Below are positions 8,611 to 17,314 of a stretch of DNA of 64,000 nucleotides, piece after piece. The position numbers and the translations under genes were made by a program. Below the pieces are notes generated by a model. It did no database searches. It was not told the DNA's origin and saw only the letters and a list, made by a program, of their open reading frames with translations. Positions within the stretch are counted from its first letter, which is position 1. Every line of letters starts with the position of its first letter. This stretch comes from a bacterium (GTDB lineage: Bacteria > Acidobacteriota > Thermoanaerobaculia > Multivoradales > J023), in the NCBI GenBank assembly GCA_024226315.1, contig JAAELT010000305.1, positions 18,304 through 82,303 of the forward strand. The letters are read 5' to 3'.

Positions 8611-9888
8611 ATGCCCGACGAACCCACCACCACTCCAGTACCGCCTGGCCAACGCACCGGCAACGCGTTCCCGCGCTTCGGAGCGGCCTTCAGGCCGGTG
8701 CCGGAGGTGCCGGGCGAACCGCGGCTGCGGATCACCGGGGCGGTGGAGGAGACGGGCGAGATCGGGCTCGGTGAGCTAGCGGCGCTGCCACGGCGCGAAC
8801 AGGTGAGCAACCTCCACTGCGTGACGACGTGGACGAAGCGGGATCTCCGGTGGAGCGGCTGGCGGCTGGCCGACCTCTATCGCCGGTTGATCGTGCCCCG
8901 CTTTCGGCCGACGCCGGAGGCGCGCTGGCTGGTGCTCTACGGGCTCGACGGCTACCGCTGCAGCCTGCTGCTCGAAGACGCGCTCGAGGGCGGCGTGCTG
9001 GTGGCCGACGAGCTCGACGGCGAGCCGCTGTCGCCCTACCACGGCGCGCCGCTGCGAGTGGTCAGCCCGCGGCAGTATGCCTACAAGAGCATGAAGCACC
9101 TGAGCGGCATCGCGCTACGCGCCGAGCCGGCGCGGCCGCCTCTCGGCCTGGAGCACCGGCGCGGACGGGTGGCGCTCCAGGAGCGACACGCGAGCCTCCC
9201 GGCCTGGCTGGTGCGCCTGCCCTACCGCGCACTGATCGGACCCACGGCCTACCTCCAGGGGCGTGGCCTCGGCAGCCATCATCTCGCCGGCCGGCCGACG
9301 CTGCTCGACGAGGTGATGCCGCAGGCAACGTCGCGCCGGAGGCGCGCCAACGGAACACAGCATCACGAGCTGCATCACCTGTGGCTCGACGCTTCGCCGG
9401 CCGCAGCCTACCGGGCGCTGGGCGAGGTCACCGGCCGCGAGATCCGCCTGCTCATGCCCCTGATGGCCTTGCGGCAGCTGCCGGCGCTCCTGACCGGGCG
9501 CGCAAGGCGCGGCGACCGCGAGATGCCGATCTTCGAAGCGATCGAACGCGGCGGTTTCGCCCGCATCGCCGAAGACCCGGGGCGCGAGATGGTCTTCGGC
9601 GTGGTGGGGCGCTTCTGGAAGCTCACCCGCAATACGCCGATCGAGACAGTGCGCGACCTCGACGGTTTCACGTCCTTCGACCGGCCAGGCTCCGCCCGGG
9701 CGGCGATGAGCTTCCTGGTGCGCGCTGAGGGCCGTGGCTGCCGCCTGATCACCGAGACCCGGATCGACACCACCGACGCTCGCGCCGCCCGCAGCTTCCG
9801 CCGCTACTGGCGTATCGTGCGGCCCGGCAGCGGCTTGATCCGCCGCAGCTGGCTGGCTGCGGTCCGCCGCCGCCTGGCGCGCGAGTAG
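8611..9888 (+). CDS. Molybdopterin-dependent oxidoreductase (sulfite oxidase/MsrP-like) fused to a C-terminal DUF2867/SRPBCC-like domain
   Basis: LHCVTTWT (Mo-ligand Cys), HGAPLRVV, YAYKSMKHL; C-terminal half GRFWK...TETRI...FRRYWRIVRPGSGLIRR. Confidence 0.8.
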   Translation: MPDEPTTTPVPPGQRTGNAFPRFGAAFRPVPEVPGEPRLRITGAVEETGEIGLGELAALPRREQVSNLHCVTTWTKRDLRWSGWRLADLYRRLIVPRFRPTPEARWLVLYGLDGYRCSLLLEDALEGGVLVADELDGEPLSPYHGAPLRVVSPRQYAYKSMKHLSGIALRAEPARPPLGLEHRRGRVALQERHASLPAWLVRLPYRALIGPTAYLQGRGLGSHHLAGRPTLLDEVMPQATSRRRRANGTQHHELHHLWLDASPAAAYRALGEVTGREIRLLMPLMALRQLPALLTGRARRGDREMPIFEAIERGGFARIAEDPGREMVFGVVGRFWKLTRNTPIETVRDLDGFTSFDRPGSARAAMSFLVRAEGRGCRLITETRIDTTDARAARSFRRYWRIVRPGSGLIRRSWLAAVRRRLARE

Positions 9889-9917
9889 GAGCCCGTTGCG
9901 CATGGCAACGGGCTCCT
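9887..9917. terminator. 13-bp stem hairpin between convergent genes
   Basis: AGGAGCCCGTTGC-gcatg-GCAACGGGCTCCT directly at the stop codon. Confidence 0.6.
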
Positions 9918-9977
9918 GGCTCGGTGGGGACGGGTCGAAAACCGAATGTCGAAGACTTCGGGTTCTCGAGGCGTTAG

Positions 9978-11828
9978 CTATTGGTCATTGCCGTCCGGGC
10001 AGATGATGCCGCCGATGCTGATCCAGACGGTGGCGGTGTCCGAGCCCCCCGGTTTGTCGCAGACCGTATAGGGGAACGAGTCGAGGCCGACCGCGCAGCC
10101 ATCGGGCGGGGTGTAAGTGACCGCCGTCTTGCCGTTGGGCGCCAGGGTCCCGTACTGGGGAGACCCGGTGGCGCAGACACTGATCGGATCGCCGTCGGGA
10201 TCGACGTCGTTGGCCAGCAAGGTCGCGAACGGGATGTCGATCTTGGTCTCCCACAGGGTGGAAAACCAGTCGTCTGTCGCCATCGGATCCGTGTTCGGCT
10301 GCACGATCTCGACCTTTTCGAACCACACGTCGGGATCGTTATGGCCGTCCTGGACGTTGCGGTCGTCGGACCACTGCACCAGGGCGTCCTCGCCGGCTTG
10401 AATCTGCTGATCGTAGTCTCCGTGATAGCACTGCAACTCGACGAAGAGCGGCGAAGAGACGTCGGACACGCGCACGCTGGGCTCCCAGGTGTCGCCGCCG
10501 TCGAACGAGGTCCGCTGGTAGTAGTCGAACATCAGGTTGCCGGGATCGAGCCGGCGGTCGTACCAGGTGGCCACCACCGTCGTGCCTCCCTGGCCCGTGC
10601 TCAAGGTCGGGAACCACTGATCGTTCGAGGTGGCGTCGTCGTTGAGCCGGACCTCGGGCTGCCAGCTCGCCCCGCCGTTGGTCGACCGGCGGTAGTAGAC
10701 GTCGGCGACGTCGCCGACGTCGAAGCCGTCCGGGTCGTACATGTAGACCACGTGCAACGTACCGTTGTCCGCCACCGCGATCTGCGGCGACGCCAGCACG
10801 CGGATGTTGCCCTCGAGCGCCGGCCGGCCGCAGGTGGCTGAGGCGGCCGAATCCCTGGGCAGAACCTGCCCGGTCATCGGGTTGGCCATCTGGGTGAAGC
10901 TCGCGCCGCCGTTGATCGAGCGCGCGACTTCGACGTCGATCGGACCGAAGCGCCAGTCGACCCAGCGCAGCCAGGCGACGTAGAGATCGCCGTTGGGGGC
11001 GACCGCCGGCCAGGGGGATTGAACGTCGCCGGTGGTGGTGAGCTGCACCGCGGAGGACCAGGTCAAGCCGCCGTTGTCGGAGTAGTTGGCGAACAGCCGG
11101 CCGCTGGCCGCGAAGCCTTTCCAGACGACGTACAGCCGCCCGTAGTAGGGGCTCTCGGGATTGTTGTCGACGGCCAGGAACTCTTTGTCGTCGAGGGAGG
11201 AGACGTGGGTGTTGCCCCGGAAGGCAAAGGTCTGACAATCGTCGGTCGAGCGCCAGACGCCGAGACCGTTCGTTTCGAGAGCGGTGAAGTAGAAGCGGCC
11301 GTCGAGGCGACGCCACACCAGGCTGGGGTCGCCGAAGCTGTTGGCCCCCAGCGCGCCGCGGTCGTCGAACGATGCCCCGCCGTCGGTCGATCGGCTGAAG
11401 CCGGCATAGCCGTTGTCTTCGGCGAAGAAGTGCCAGGCGTCGTTGTAGCCCGAGCAGATGGTGCCGGTGGTCTCGTTGCGGGCGATCGAGGTCTCGTTCT
11501 GGAACTGGGAAAAGCCCTCTTCGCCGGTCGGGTCGTTGACCAGGACGTCGGTGGCGAGAACCTTGGCCGGCGGGGCCTCGCCGGAACCTTCGGGGCCGGG
11601 CGTCCAGAGCTCGTCCTCCCGTCCGCAGGCGATCAGCAGCTTGACGAGCAGACCGTCCATCGTGTCGCGCAGGTCGGGCTCGTCGAGCAGCGCGCAGGCG
11701 GCCGGGTCCACCGCCGCTTGCGCCAGCGCGGTGGTGCCCTGTGCGCCGGCGGCCGGAGCGGCGGGTATCGACGCGATTGCCACGGCAACGGCGGTCAGAA
11801 ACCGGAACTTCTCGAATGGGACTCTCAT
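9978..11828 (-). CDS. Secreted BNR/Asp-box (sialidase-like beta-propeller) protein with C-terminal Ig-like (Big_9/cadherin-like) domain
   Basis: Signal peptide; repeated SxDGGxSF/W Asp-boxes; DKEFLAVD; HGDY; C-terminal P.A.DD...LLANDVDPDGDP...YTP...DSFPYTV; RBS GGAGGA. Confidence 0.85.
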   Translation of the reverse strand: MRVPFEKFRFLTAVAVAIASIPAAPAAGAQGTTALAQAAVDPAACALLDEPDLRDTMDGLLVKLLIACGREDELWTPGPEGSGEAPPAKVLATDVLVNDPTGEEGFSQFQNETSIARNETTGTICSGYNDAWHFFAEDNGYAGFSRSTDGGASFDDRGALGANSFGDPSLVWRRLDGRFYFTALETNGLGVWRSTDDCQTFAFRGNTHVSSLDDKEFLAVDNNPESPYYGRLYVVWKGFAASGRLFANYSDNGGLTWSSAVQLTTTGDVQSPWPAVAPNGDLYVAWLRWVDWRFGPIDVEVARSINGGASFTQMANPMTGQVLPRDSAASATCGRPALEGNIRVLASPQIAVADNGTLHVVYMYDPDGFDVGDVADVYYRRSTNGGASWQPEVRLNDDATSNDQWFPTLSTGQGGTTVVATWYDRRLDPGNLMFDYYQRTSFDGGDTWEPSVRVSDVSSPLFVELQCYHGDYDQQIQAGEDALVQWSDDRNVQDGHNDPDVWFEKVEIVQPNTDPMATDDWFSTLWETKIDIPFATLLANDVDPDGDPISVCATGSPQYGTLAPNGKTAVTYTPPDGCAVGLDSFPYTVCDKPGGSDTATVWISIGGIICPDGNDQ

Positions 11829-11994
11829 GTCGCAATCCTCCTGCAGTGGACGTCGGCCCTTCCGAGGGCCGGTCCGGGTGAGAGTCCGGTGGCGAGGCAA
11901 CCCTAGCATGTCCTGGCGCCGGCTGGAGCGATGACCTGCTGTCGATCCTCGCAGTCGCCCACCAGAAGCGGCGGCCGCGGACGATTCTCTCAGA

Positions 11995-13833
11995 CTACGA
12001 AACCCCCGGCACGGTGAAACAGATCGAACACCCCTGCCCCCGCCCCTCCGACTCGACCCACACCCGGCCGCCGTGCACCTCGATGATCCGGCGCACCGTG
12101 GCCAGGCCGATGCCGCTGCCGTCGCCGCCGGCGTCGAGCTGGCGAAAGAGGGTGAAGACCTCTTCCTGGTGCTCGGGCTCGATGCCGATGCCGTTGTCGC
12201 GCACGTAGCAGACCGGACCCTCGGGGTCTTCGCGCATCCCGATCTCGACGCGCGGCGCGGCCTGGTCGCCCATGTACTTGGCGGCGTTCTCGAGCAGGTT
12301 CTGGAGCACCTGCAGCAGGCGGGTGCGGTCGCCGAAGACCATCGGCAGATCGGGCGAGATGTCGACCTCGACCCCGCGCTCGTGGAGCGGGCCGGCCACC
12401 AGAACCTGGGCCTCGCGCGCCAGCCCGAGCAGGCGAACCTCGCGCGGCTCGCCGACGATCTGGCCGCTGCGCGCCACCTCCATGACGTCTTCGAGCAGCC
12501 GGTTCATGCTTTTCGCGGCCTGGCGGATCCGCCGGATGGGGATCTCCGTGCGGGACCTCTCGCCCGCGGCGACGCCGTCTTCGAGCAGGCCCAGATAGCC
12601 CGTGATGCCGGTGAGCGGGCTTCGCAGGTCGTGCGACACGGTGTAGGCGAAGCGCTCGGTCTCGGCGCTACGGGCCTCGAGCTCGCTCACCAGGCGCTCG
12701 CGCTCCTCGGACTTCTGGCGTTCGACCTCGAGCAGCATGCCGCGGGTCTGCTCGTACTTGTGCTGCCGGTGCAGCAGCTGGCCGAAGGCGACGAGGTAAA
12801 ACAGCACCACCAGGGAGCGCGGCCGATCGGCGGCGGCGTCGGGAAGACGGTAGAACTGATACACCAGATGGAGCACCGGCAGGAGGGCGGCGTAGAGCAG
12901 CAGGATGTTGGAGAAGGGGTACGCCAGCCGCTCGCGGATCAGCGCTTCCTCCGAGGCCTCGGCCACCTCGCCGCGGGGCAGGGCGTGGCGCAGGCGCGCG
13001 AAAACGACCAGGGGAAAGAGGTACACGTACCAGGGCGTGAAGTACAGCGGCGGGACCTCTTTCCAGGAGTACACGAACCACGAGCTGGGGTAGTAGCCCA
13101 GCAGATCGATCGCGTCGGTCACCGTGGTACAGGAAATCGTCAGGGCCAGAGCTCCGTAGAGCGTACGCCAGCGTGGATCCCGGGTGATGCGATGGACGTA
13201 GGCGATGCGGACCAGGAGCAACAGATCGATCGCTAGGTAGAGGCTCCCCGAGGGGACGAAGGTGATGTATTCCTCCGCCGAGACTGCGGTCGGAATCACG
13301 ATGTAGTAGACGGTGAGGCCGATGAAGAAGAACGCCGCTCCCTCGAGCTCGAACCGCCGCCGGGCTCGCCAGGCATGAAGGTGCTCGGGTGAGAAAACGC
13401 GGTGGGGATGGGTCTCGACGGCCGAGAGCAGAAAGAGGTAATACAGCACGTAGAGCGAGTCTTCGAGCAGTTGCCCCCACAACGTGAGATTGGCCTTGGG
13501 AAAAAAGACCCAGAACAGCATGGCGGCCAGCCAGCACGAAAAGGCATACGAGCAAAGCTCCCAGAAGCGGTGCTCGGCCGGCCTCTCGATCTTCCCCAAC
13601 CCGTGCCGCAAAGCCCAGACGGCGGCCACGAGCCCGATCAGGTTGCCTTCGTAGAAATCGATCAGCTCGAATCCCGCCGCCAGCGGCAGGGCGAAGAGCG
13701 CCACGGCTGCGAGTACCACGAGCGTGGCGGCCTGCAGGACCGGGTCGCCGCGGAAAGCGCGGACGAAGAGCGCCCGCGCGCCGGTGGCGGGGGTGGGGTC
13801 GGGCGTCATCGATAAGGATTTCGTTGTGGCCAC
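11995..13833 (-). CDS. Membrane-bound sensor histidine kinase (HisKA + HATPase_c)
   Basis: Multiple TM helices; FAYTVSHDLRSPL, QNLLENAAKY, VRDNGIGI, GSGIGLA. Start could be ATG 13809. Confidence 0.92.
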   Translation of the reverse strand: MATTKSLSMTPDPTPATGARALFVRAFRGDPVLQAATLVVLAAVALFALPLAAGFELIDFYEGNLIGLVAAVWALRHGLGKIERPAEHRFWELCSYAFSCWLAAMLFWVFFPKANLTLWGQLLEDSLYVLYYLFLLSAVETHPHRVFSPEHLHAWRARRRFELEGAAFFFIGLTVYYIVIPTAVSAEEYITFVPSGSLYLAIDLLLLVRIAYVHRITRDPRWRTLYGALALTISCTTVTDAIDLLGYYPSSWFVYSWKEVPPLYFTPWYVYLFPLVVFARLRHALPRGEVAEASEEALIRERLAYPFSNILLLYAALLPVLHLVYQFYRLPDAAADRPRSLVVLFYLVAFGQLLHRQHKYEQTRGMLLEVERQKSEERERLVSELEARSAETERFAYTVSHDLRSPLTGITGYLGLLEDGVAAGERSRTEIPIRRIRQAAKSMNRLLEDVMEVARSGQIVGEPREVRLLGLAREAQVLVAGPLHERGVEVDISPDLPMVFGDRTRLLQVLQNLLENAAKYMGDQAAPRVEIGMREDPEGPVCYVRDNGIGIEPEHQEEVFTLFRQLDAGGDGSGIGLATVRRIIEVHGGRVWVESEGRGQGCSICFTVPGVS

Positions 13834-13943
13834 GGCTTCGGATCCGGTTGCGAGATCGTTCCGGTCGCGAGACCAGTAGGGTGGCTAGAATCTGGTCTCG
13901 TTGCGGGCGATCGAGGTCGGGGCCGGCACCAGGATCGCGCGGC

Positions 13944-16900
13944 TCAGCCCAGCGCCCGCTCGATCAGCTCTTTCTGCTCTTTCTTGTGCGCCGCCGCCGA
14001 GCCGGTCGCCGGGCTCGCGGACGGTGAGCGGGTGACGCAGTCCAAGGGCCAGCGGCCGAAGGGCCGGCGGCCGAGGCGCAGCAGCAGGAAGCTCCAGGCG
14101 CCCATGTTGCGTGGCTCCTCCTGTACCCAGAAGACGGGGGTGTCGTCGGCGTAGGGTGCGAGCGCCGATTCCAGCGAGTCTTCGGACAGCGGATAGTACT
14201 GCTCGAGCCGCACGATCGCCACGTCCCGGCGCTCGCTCTCGCGGCGCTCTTTCTCGAGGTCGTAGTAGACCTTGCCGCTGGTCACGAGCACTCTTTTCAC
14301 GCCCGCCGGCTCGACCTCGGCGTCGGGGATGACGCGCTGGAAGCTGCCGCCGGCCAGCTCGTCGATCGTCGACACGGCGCGCGGGTGGCGTAGCAGGCTC
14401 TTGGGCGACATGACGATCAGCGGCTTGCGCCACGGCCGCAGCACCTGGCGGCGCAGGCAATGGAAGTACTGGGCCGGGGTGGTGAGGTTCACCACCTGGA
14501 TGTTGTCTTCCGCGGTGAGGTTGAGGTATCTCTCGAGCCGGGCGGACGAATGCTCCGGGCCCTGGCCCTCGAAGCCGTGCGGCAGCAGCATCACCATGCC
14601 GGAGAGGCGCCGCCACTTGTCCTCGCCCGAGGTGATGAACTGGTCGATGATCACCTGGGCGCAGTTCGAGAAGTCACCGAACTGAGCCTCCCACAGGCAT
14701 AGGCCGTCCGGCGTGTCCATGCTGTAGCCATACTCGAAGCCGACGACGCTGACCTCGGACAGCGGGCTGTCCCAGACATGGACCTCGGCCTGGACCTCGG
14801 CCAGGTGTTGCAGGGGCACGTGGAGGGCGCCGGTCTCGAAGTCGTAGAGCACCGCGTGACGGTGGCTGAAGGTGCCGCGGCCCGAGTCCTGGCCGCTGAA
14901 ACGAACCCGGGCACCTTCCGCCGCCAATGACGCCAGGGCCGCGGCCTCGGCGGCCCCCCAGTCGAGCGGCATCTCGCCGGCCGCCATCTTCTGCCGGTTG
15001 CCGAAGAAGCGGCGCAGCTTGCGGTGGACGTTGAAGTCCTCGGGGATGTCGGCACTCTTGCGCAACAGCTTCGCGAGCCGCTCTCTGTTCATCCCGGTCG
15101 CGACCTCCGGCACCTTGGCGTCGGCGCCGCCCACATAGCCTCGCCACAGGCCGCCCCCGGTCTTGACCATCATCGTGTAGGTGAGCTCGTCCTGGGTCTC
15201 CTGCGACTTGCTCAGCTCGTTTTCGAGATCCCGGGTGCGCTCCTCGCGGATCTTCTCCGCCTCCTCGCGGTCGACCCCTCCCAACTCCAGCATGTGCTCG
15301 AGGTAGCTCTCGCGCACCGTCTTGCGGTTGCGGATGACCTCGTAGAGCAGCGGCTGGGTGTAGGACGGCTCGTCGCCCTCGTTGTGGCCGTAGCGGCGGT
15401 AGCAGTACATGTCGATGATCACGTCCTGCTGGAACTCGCGCCGGTAGTCCATGGCGATGCGCACGACATGGGCGACGGCGTCCGGATCCTCGCCGTTGAC
15501 GTGGAAGACCGGCGTCTGGATCATGCGCGCGACGTCGGTGGCGTACTGGGTGGAGCGCCCCATCTCGGGCGAAGTGGTGAAACCGATCTGGTTGTTGACG
15601 ATCACGTGCAGCGTGCCGCCGGTACGGTAGCCCGGTAGGTTGGCCATGTTGAACAGCTCCTGGATCACGCCCTGCCCGGCGAAGGCGGCGTCGCCGTGCA
15701 CCAGGATGCCCAGGCAGCGCCGGTGCTCGGTGTCGCCGAAACGCTCCTGCTTGGCCCGCACTCGCCCCTGCAGCACCGGGTTGACGAATTCCAGGTGGCT
15801 GGGGTTGAAGCACAGCGAGAGGTGCATCTTTCGGCCGCCCTCGAGCTCACGGTCGGAGCTGAAGCCCAGGTGGTATTTGACGTCCCCGCCGCCGATCATC
15901 AGATCGGGGTCGTCGTCCGCGAACTCGCGGAAAACGTCGCGGGGACTCTTTCCCATGATGTTGACCAGCACGTTGAGCCGGCCGCGATGGGCCATGCCCA
16001 GAACCACCTCGTCGACCCCCTGGCCGGCGGCCTCCTCGAGCGCCAGGTCGAGCAGCGGGATCAGGGTCTCGGCCCCTTCGAGCGAGAACCGTTTGGCTCC
16101 CAGGAACTTCTTGTGGATGAACTGCTCGAACAGCTCGGCGTCGGTGAGCTTGGTGAGGATGCGCAGCTTCTCGTCGCGGTCGAGGCGGCGGTGGTGCTCG
16201 GAGTCCTCGACGCGGTTGATCAGCCAGTTCTTGGCGTGCACGTCGTCGATGTGCATGAACTGCACGCCGATCGAGCTGCAGTAAACCGCCTTGAGCAGAG
16301 CCAGGATATCGCGCAGGGTCAGCACGGTGGTACCGGCGATGGTGGTGGAGGAAAACAGGGAATCGAGGTCATTCTCGGACAGGCCCCAGTGCTCGAGCTC
16401 GAGCTCGGGGCTCGAGGTCCGGGTGCGACCGAGCGGGTCGAGCGATGCCAGCAGGTGACCTCTCACCCGGTAGGCGTGGATCAGCCGGTTGACTTTGTCC
16501 TGCCGCGAGCTGCGCTCGCGCAGGCGCGAGGTGAGCATCTGCAGGAAGCCGCGGTTGAGCACCGGCCGGCGCTCGAGCAGGCCCAGCAGATCGAAACGGT
16601 CGATCGACAGTGTCTTGACGTCGCCGCGGGCGACGACGTCGGCCGAGCGCGGCTGCGAGTCGAGCACCGACAGCTCGCCGAACACCTCACCCGCCTGCAG
16701 CATGGCCACGATCTGGTCCTTGCGCCGCACCAGCAGCTCGCCCTCGATCAGCAGGTAGAGGGAGGTGCCCTCGTCGGCCTCGCGGAACAGCACCTGGCCA
16801 CCCGAGAAGCGCTCTTCGACGGCGAGCAGCGCCACCGCCGCCACCTCCTCGGGCGGCAGGCCCCGGAACAGCTTGAGATCCTGCAGAAACTTCACCCGCT

Positions 16901-17276
16901 CGGCGGTTTTGCCGGTGACCGCCACCGGTGGACTGGCCAGCGCGGCAGTGACGGAGGTAGCCGCGCCGACAGATACGGGTCCTACGGCAGCCGCGACCGG
17001 TGGCGCGCCGGCCGCCGGGGCGCTGGCCGCCGGGGCGCCGGCCGGAAGAGCGCCGCTCGGTGGAGCCTCACTCGGCGGGTCGAAGATGCTCGACGCCGAG
17101 AAGCTCGGCCCATCGACCGAGCGCCGGGCCGCCCAGGCGTCACCGTCCTCCGAGGCCCAGCCCTCGAAGTATCGCCGCCAGTCTTCCTCGACCGAGGTCG
17201 GATCCTCGAGGAAGCTGGCGTAGAGCGCCTCGACAAAGGGAAGATTGCTTCCGGCTAGAGGATCGTCGCTGGGCAT
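13944..17276 (-). CDS. sucA: 2-oxoglutarate dehydrogenase E1 with an inserted cyclic-nucleotide-binding domain
   Basis: AYRVRGH, KRFSLEG, GMAHRGRLN, HGDAAF, NNQIGFTT, WEAQFGDF, GQGPEHSS, SASPATG; CNB domain at about aa 127-253. Confidence 0.97.
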   Translation of the reverse strand: MPSDDPLAGSNLPFVEALYASFLEDPTSVEEDWRRYFEGWASEDGDAWAARRSVDGPSFSASSIFDPPSEAPPSGALPAGAPAASAPAAGAPPVAAAVGPVSVGAATSVTAALASPPVAVTGKTAERVKFLQDLKLFRGLPPEEVAAVALLAVEERFSGGQVLFREADEGTSLYLLIEGELLVRRKDQIVAMLQAGEVFGELSVLDSQPRSADVVARGDVKTLSIDRFDLLGLLERRPVLNRGFLQMLTSRLRERSSRQDKVNRLIHAYRVRGHLLASLDPLGRTRTSSPELELEHWGLSENDLDSLFSSTTIAGTTVLTLRDILALLKAVYCSSIGVQFMHIDDVHAKNWLINRVEDSEHHRRLDRDEKLRILTKLTDAELFEQFIHKKFLGAKRFSLEGAETLIPLLDLALEEAAGQGVDEVVLGMAHRGRLNVLVNIMGKSPRDVFREFADDDPDLMIGGGDVKYHLGFSSDRELEGGRKMHLSLCFNPSHLEFVNPVLQGRVRAKQERFGDTEHRRCLGILVHGDAAFAGQGVIQELFNMANLPGYRTGGTLHVIVNNQIGFTTSPEMGRSTQYATDVARMIQTPVFHVNGEDPDAVAHVVRIAMDYRREFQQDVIIDMYCYRRYGHNEGDEPSYTQPLLYEVIRNRKTVRESYLEHMLELGGVDREEAEKIREERTRDLENELSKSQETQDELTYTMMVKTGGGLWRGYVGGADAKVPEVATGMNRERLAKLLRKSADIPEDFNVHRKLRRFFGNRQKMAAGEMPLDWGAAEAAALASLAAEGARVRFSGQDSGRGTFSHRHAVLYDFETGALHVPLQHLAEVQAEVHVWDSPLSEVSVVGFEYGYSMDTPDGLCLWEAQFGDFSNCAQVIIDQFITSGEDKWRRLSGMVMLLPHGFEGQGPEHSSARLERYLNLTAEDNIQVVNLTTPAQYFHCLRRQVLRPWRKPLIVMSPKSLLRHPRAVSTIDELAGGSFQRVIPDAEVEPAGVKRVLVTSGKVYYDLEKERRESERRDVAIVRLEQYYPLSEDSLESALAPYADDTPVFWVQEEPRNMGAWSFLLLRLGRRPFGRWPLDCVTRSPSASPATGSAAAHKKEQKELIERALG

Positions 17277-17314
17277 GGCCTGACTCCCAAGGGTCTATTC
17301 GAAAGGTTTTGATT

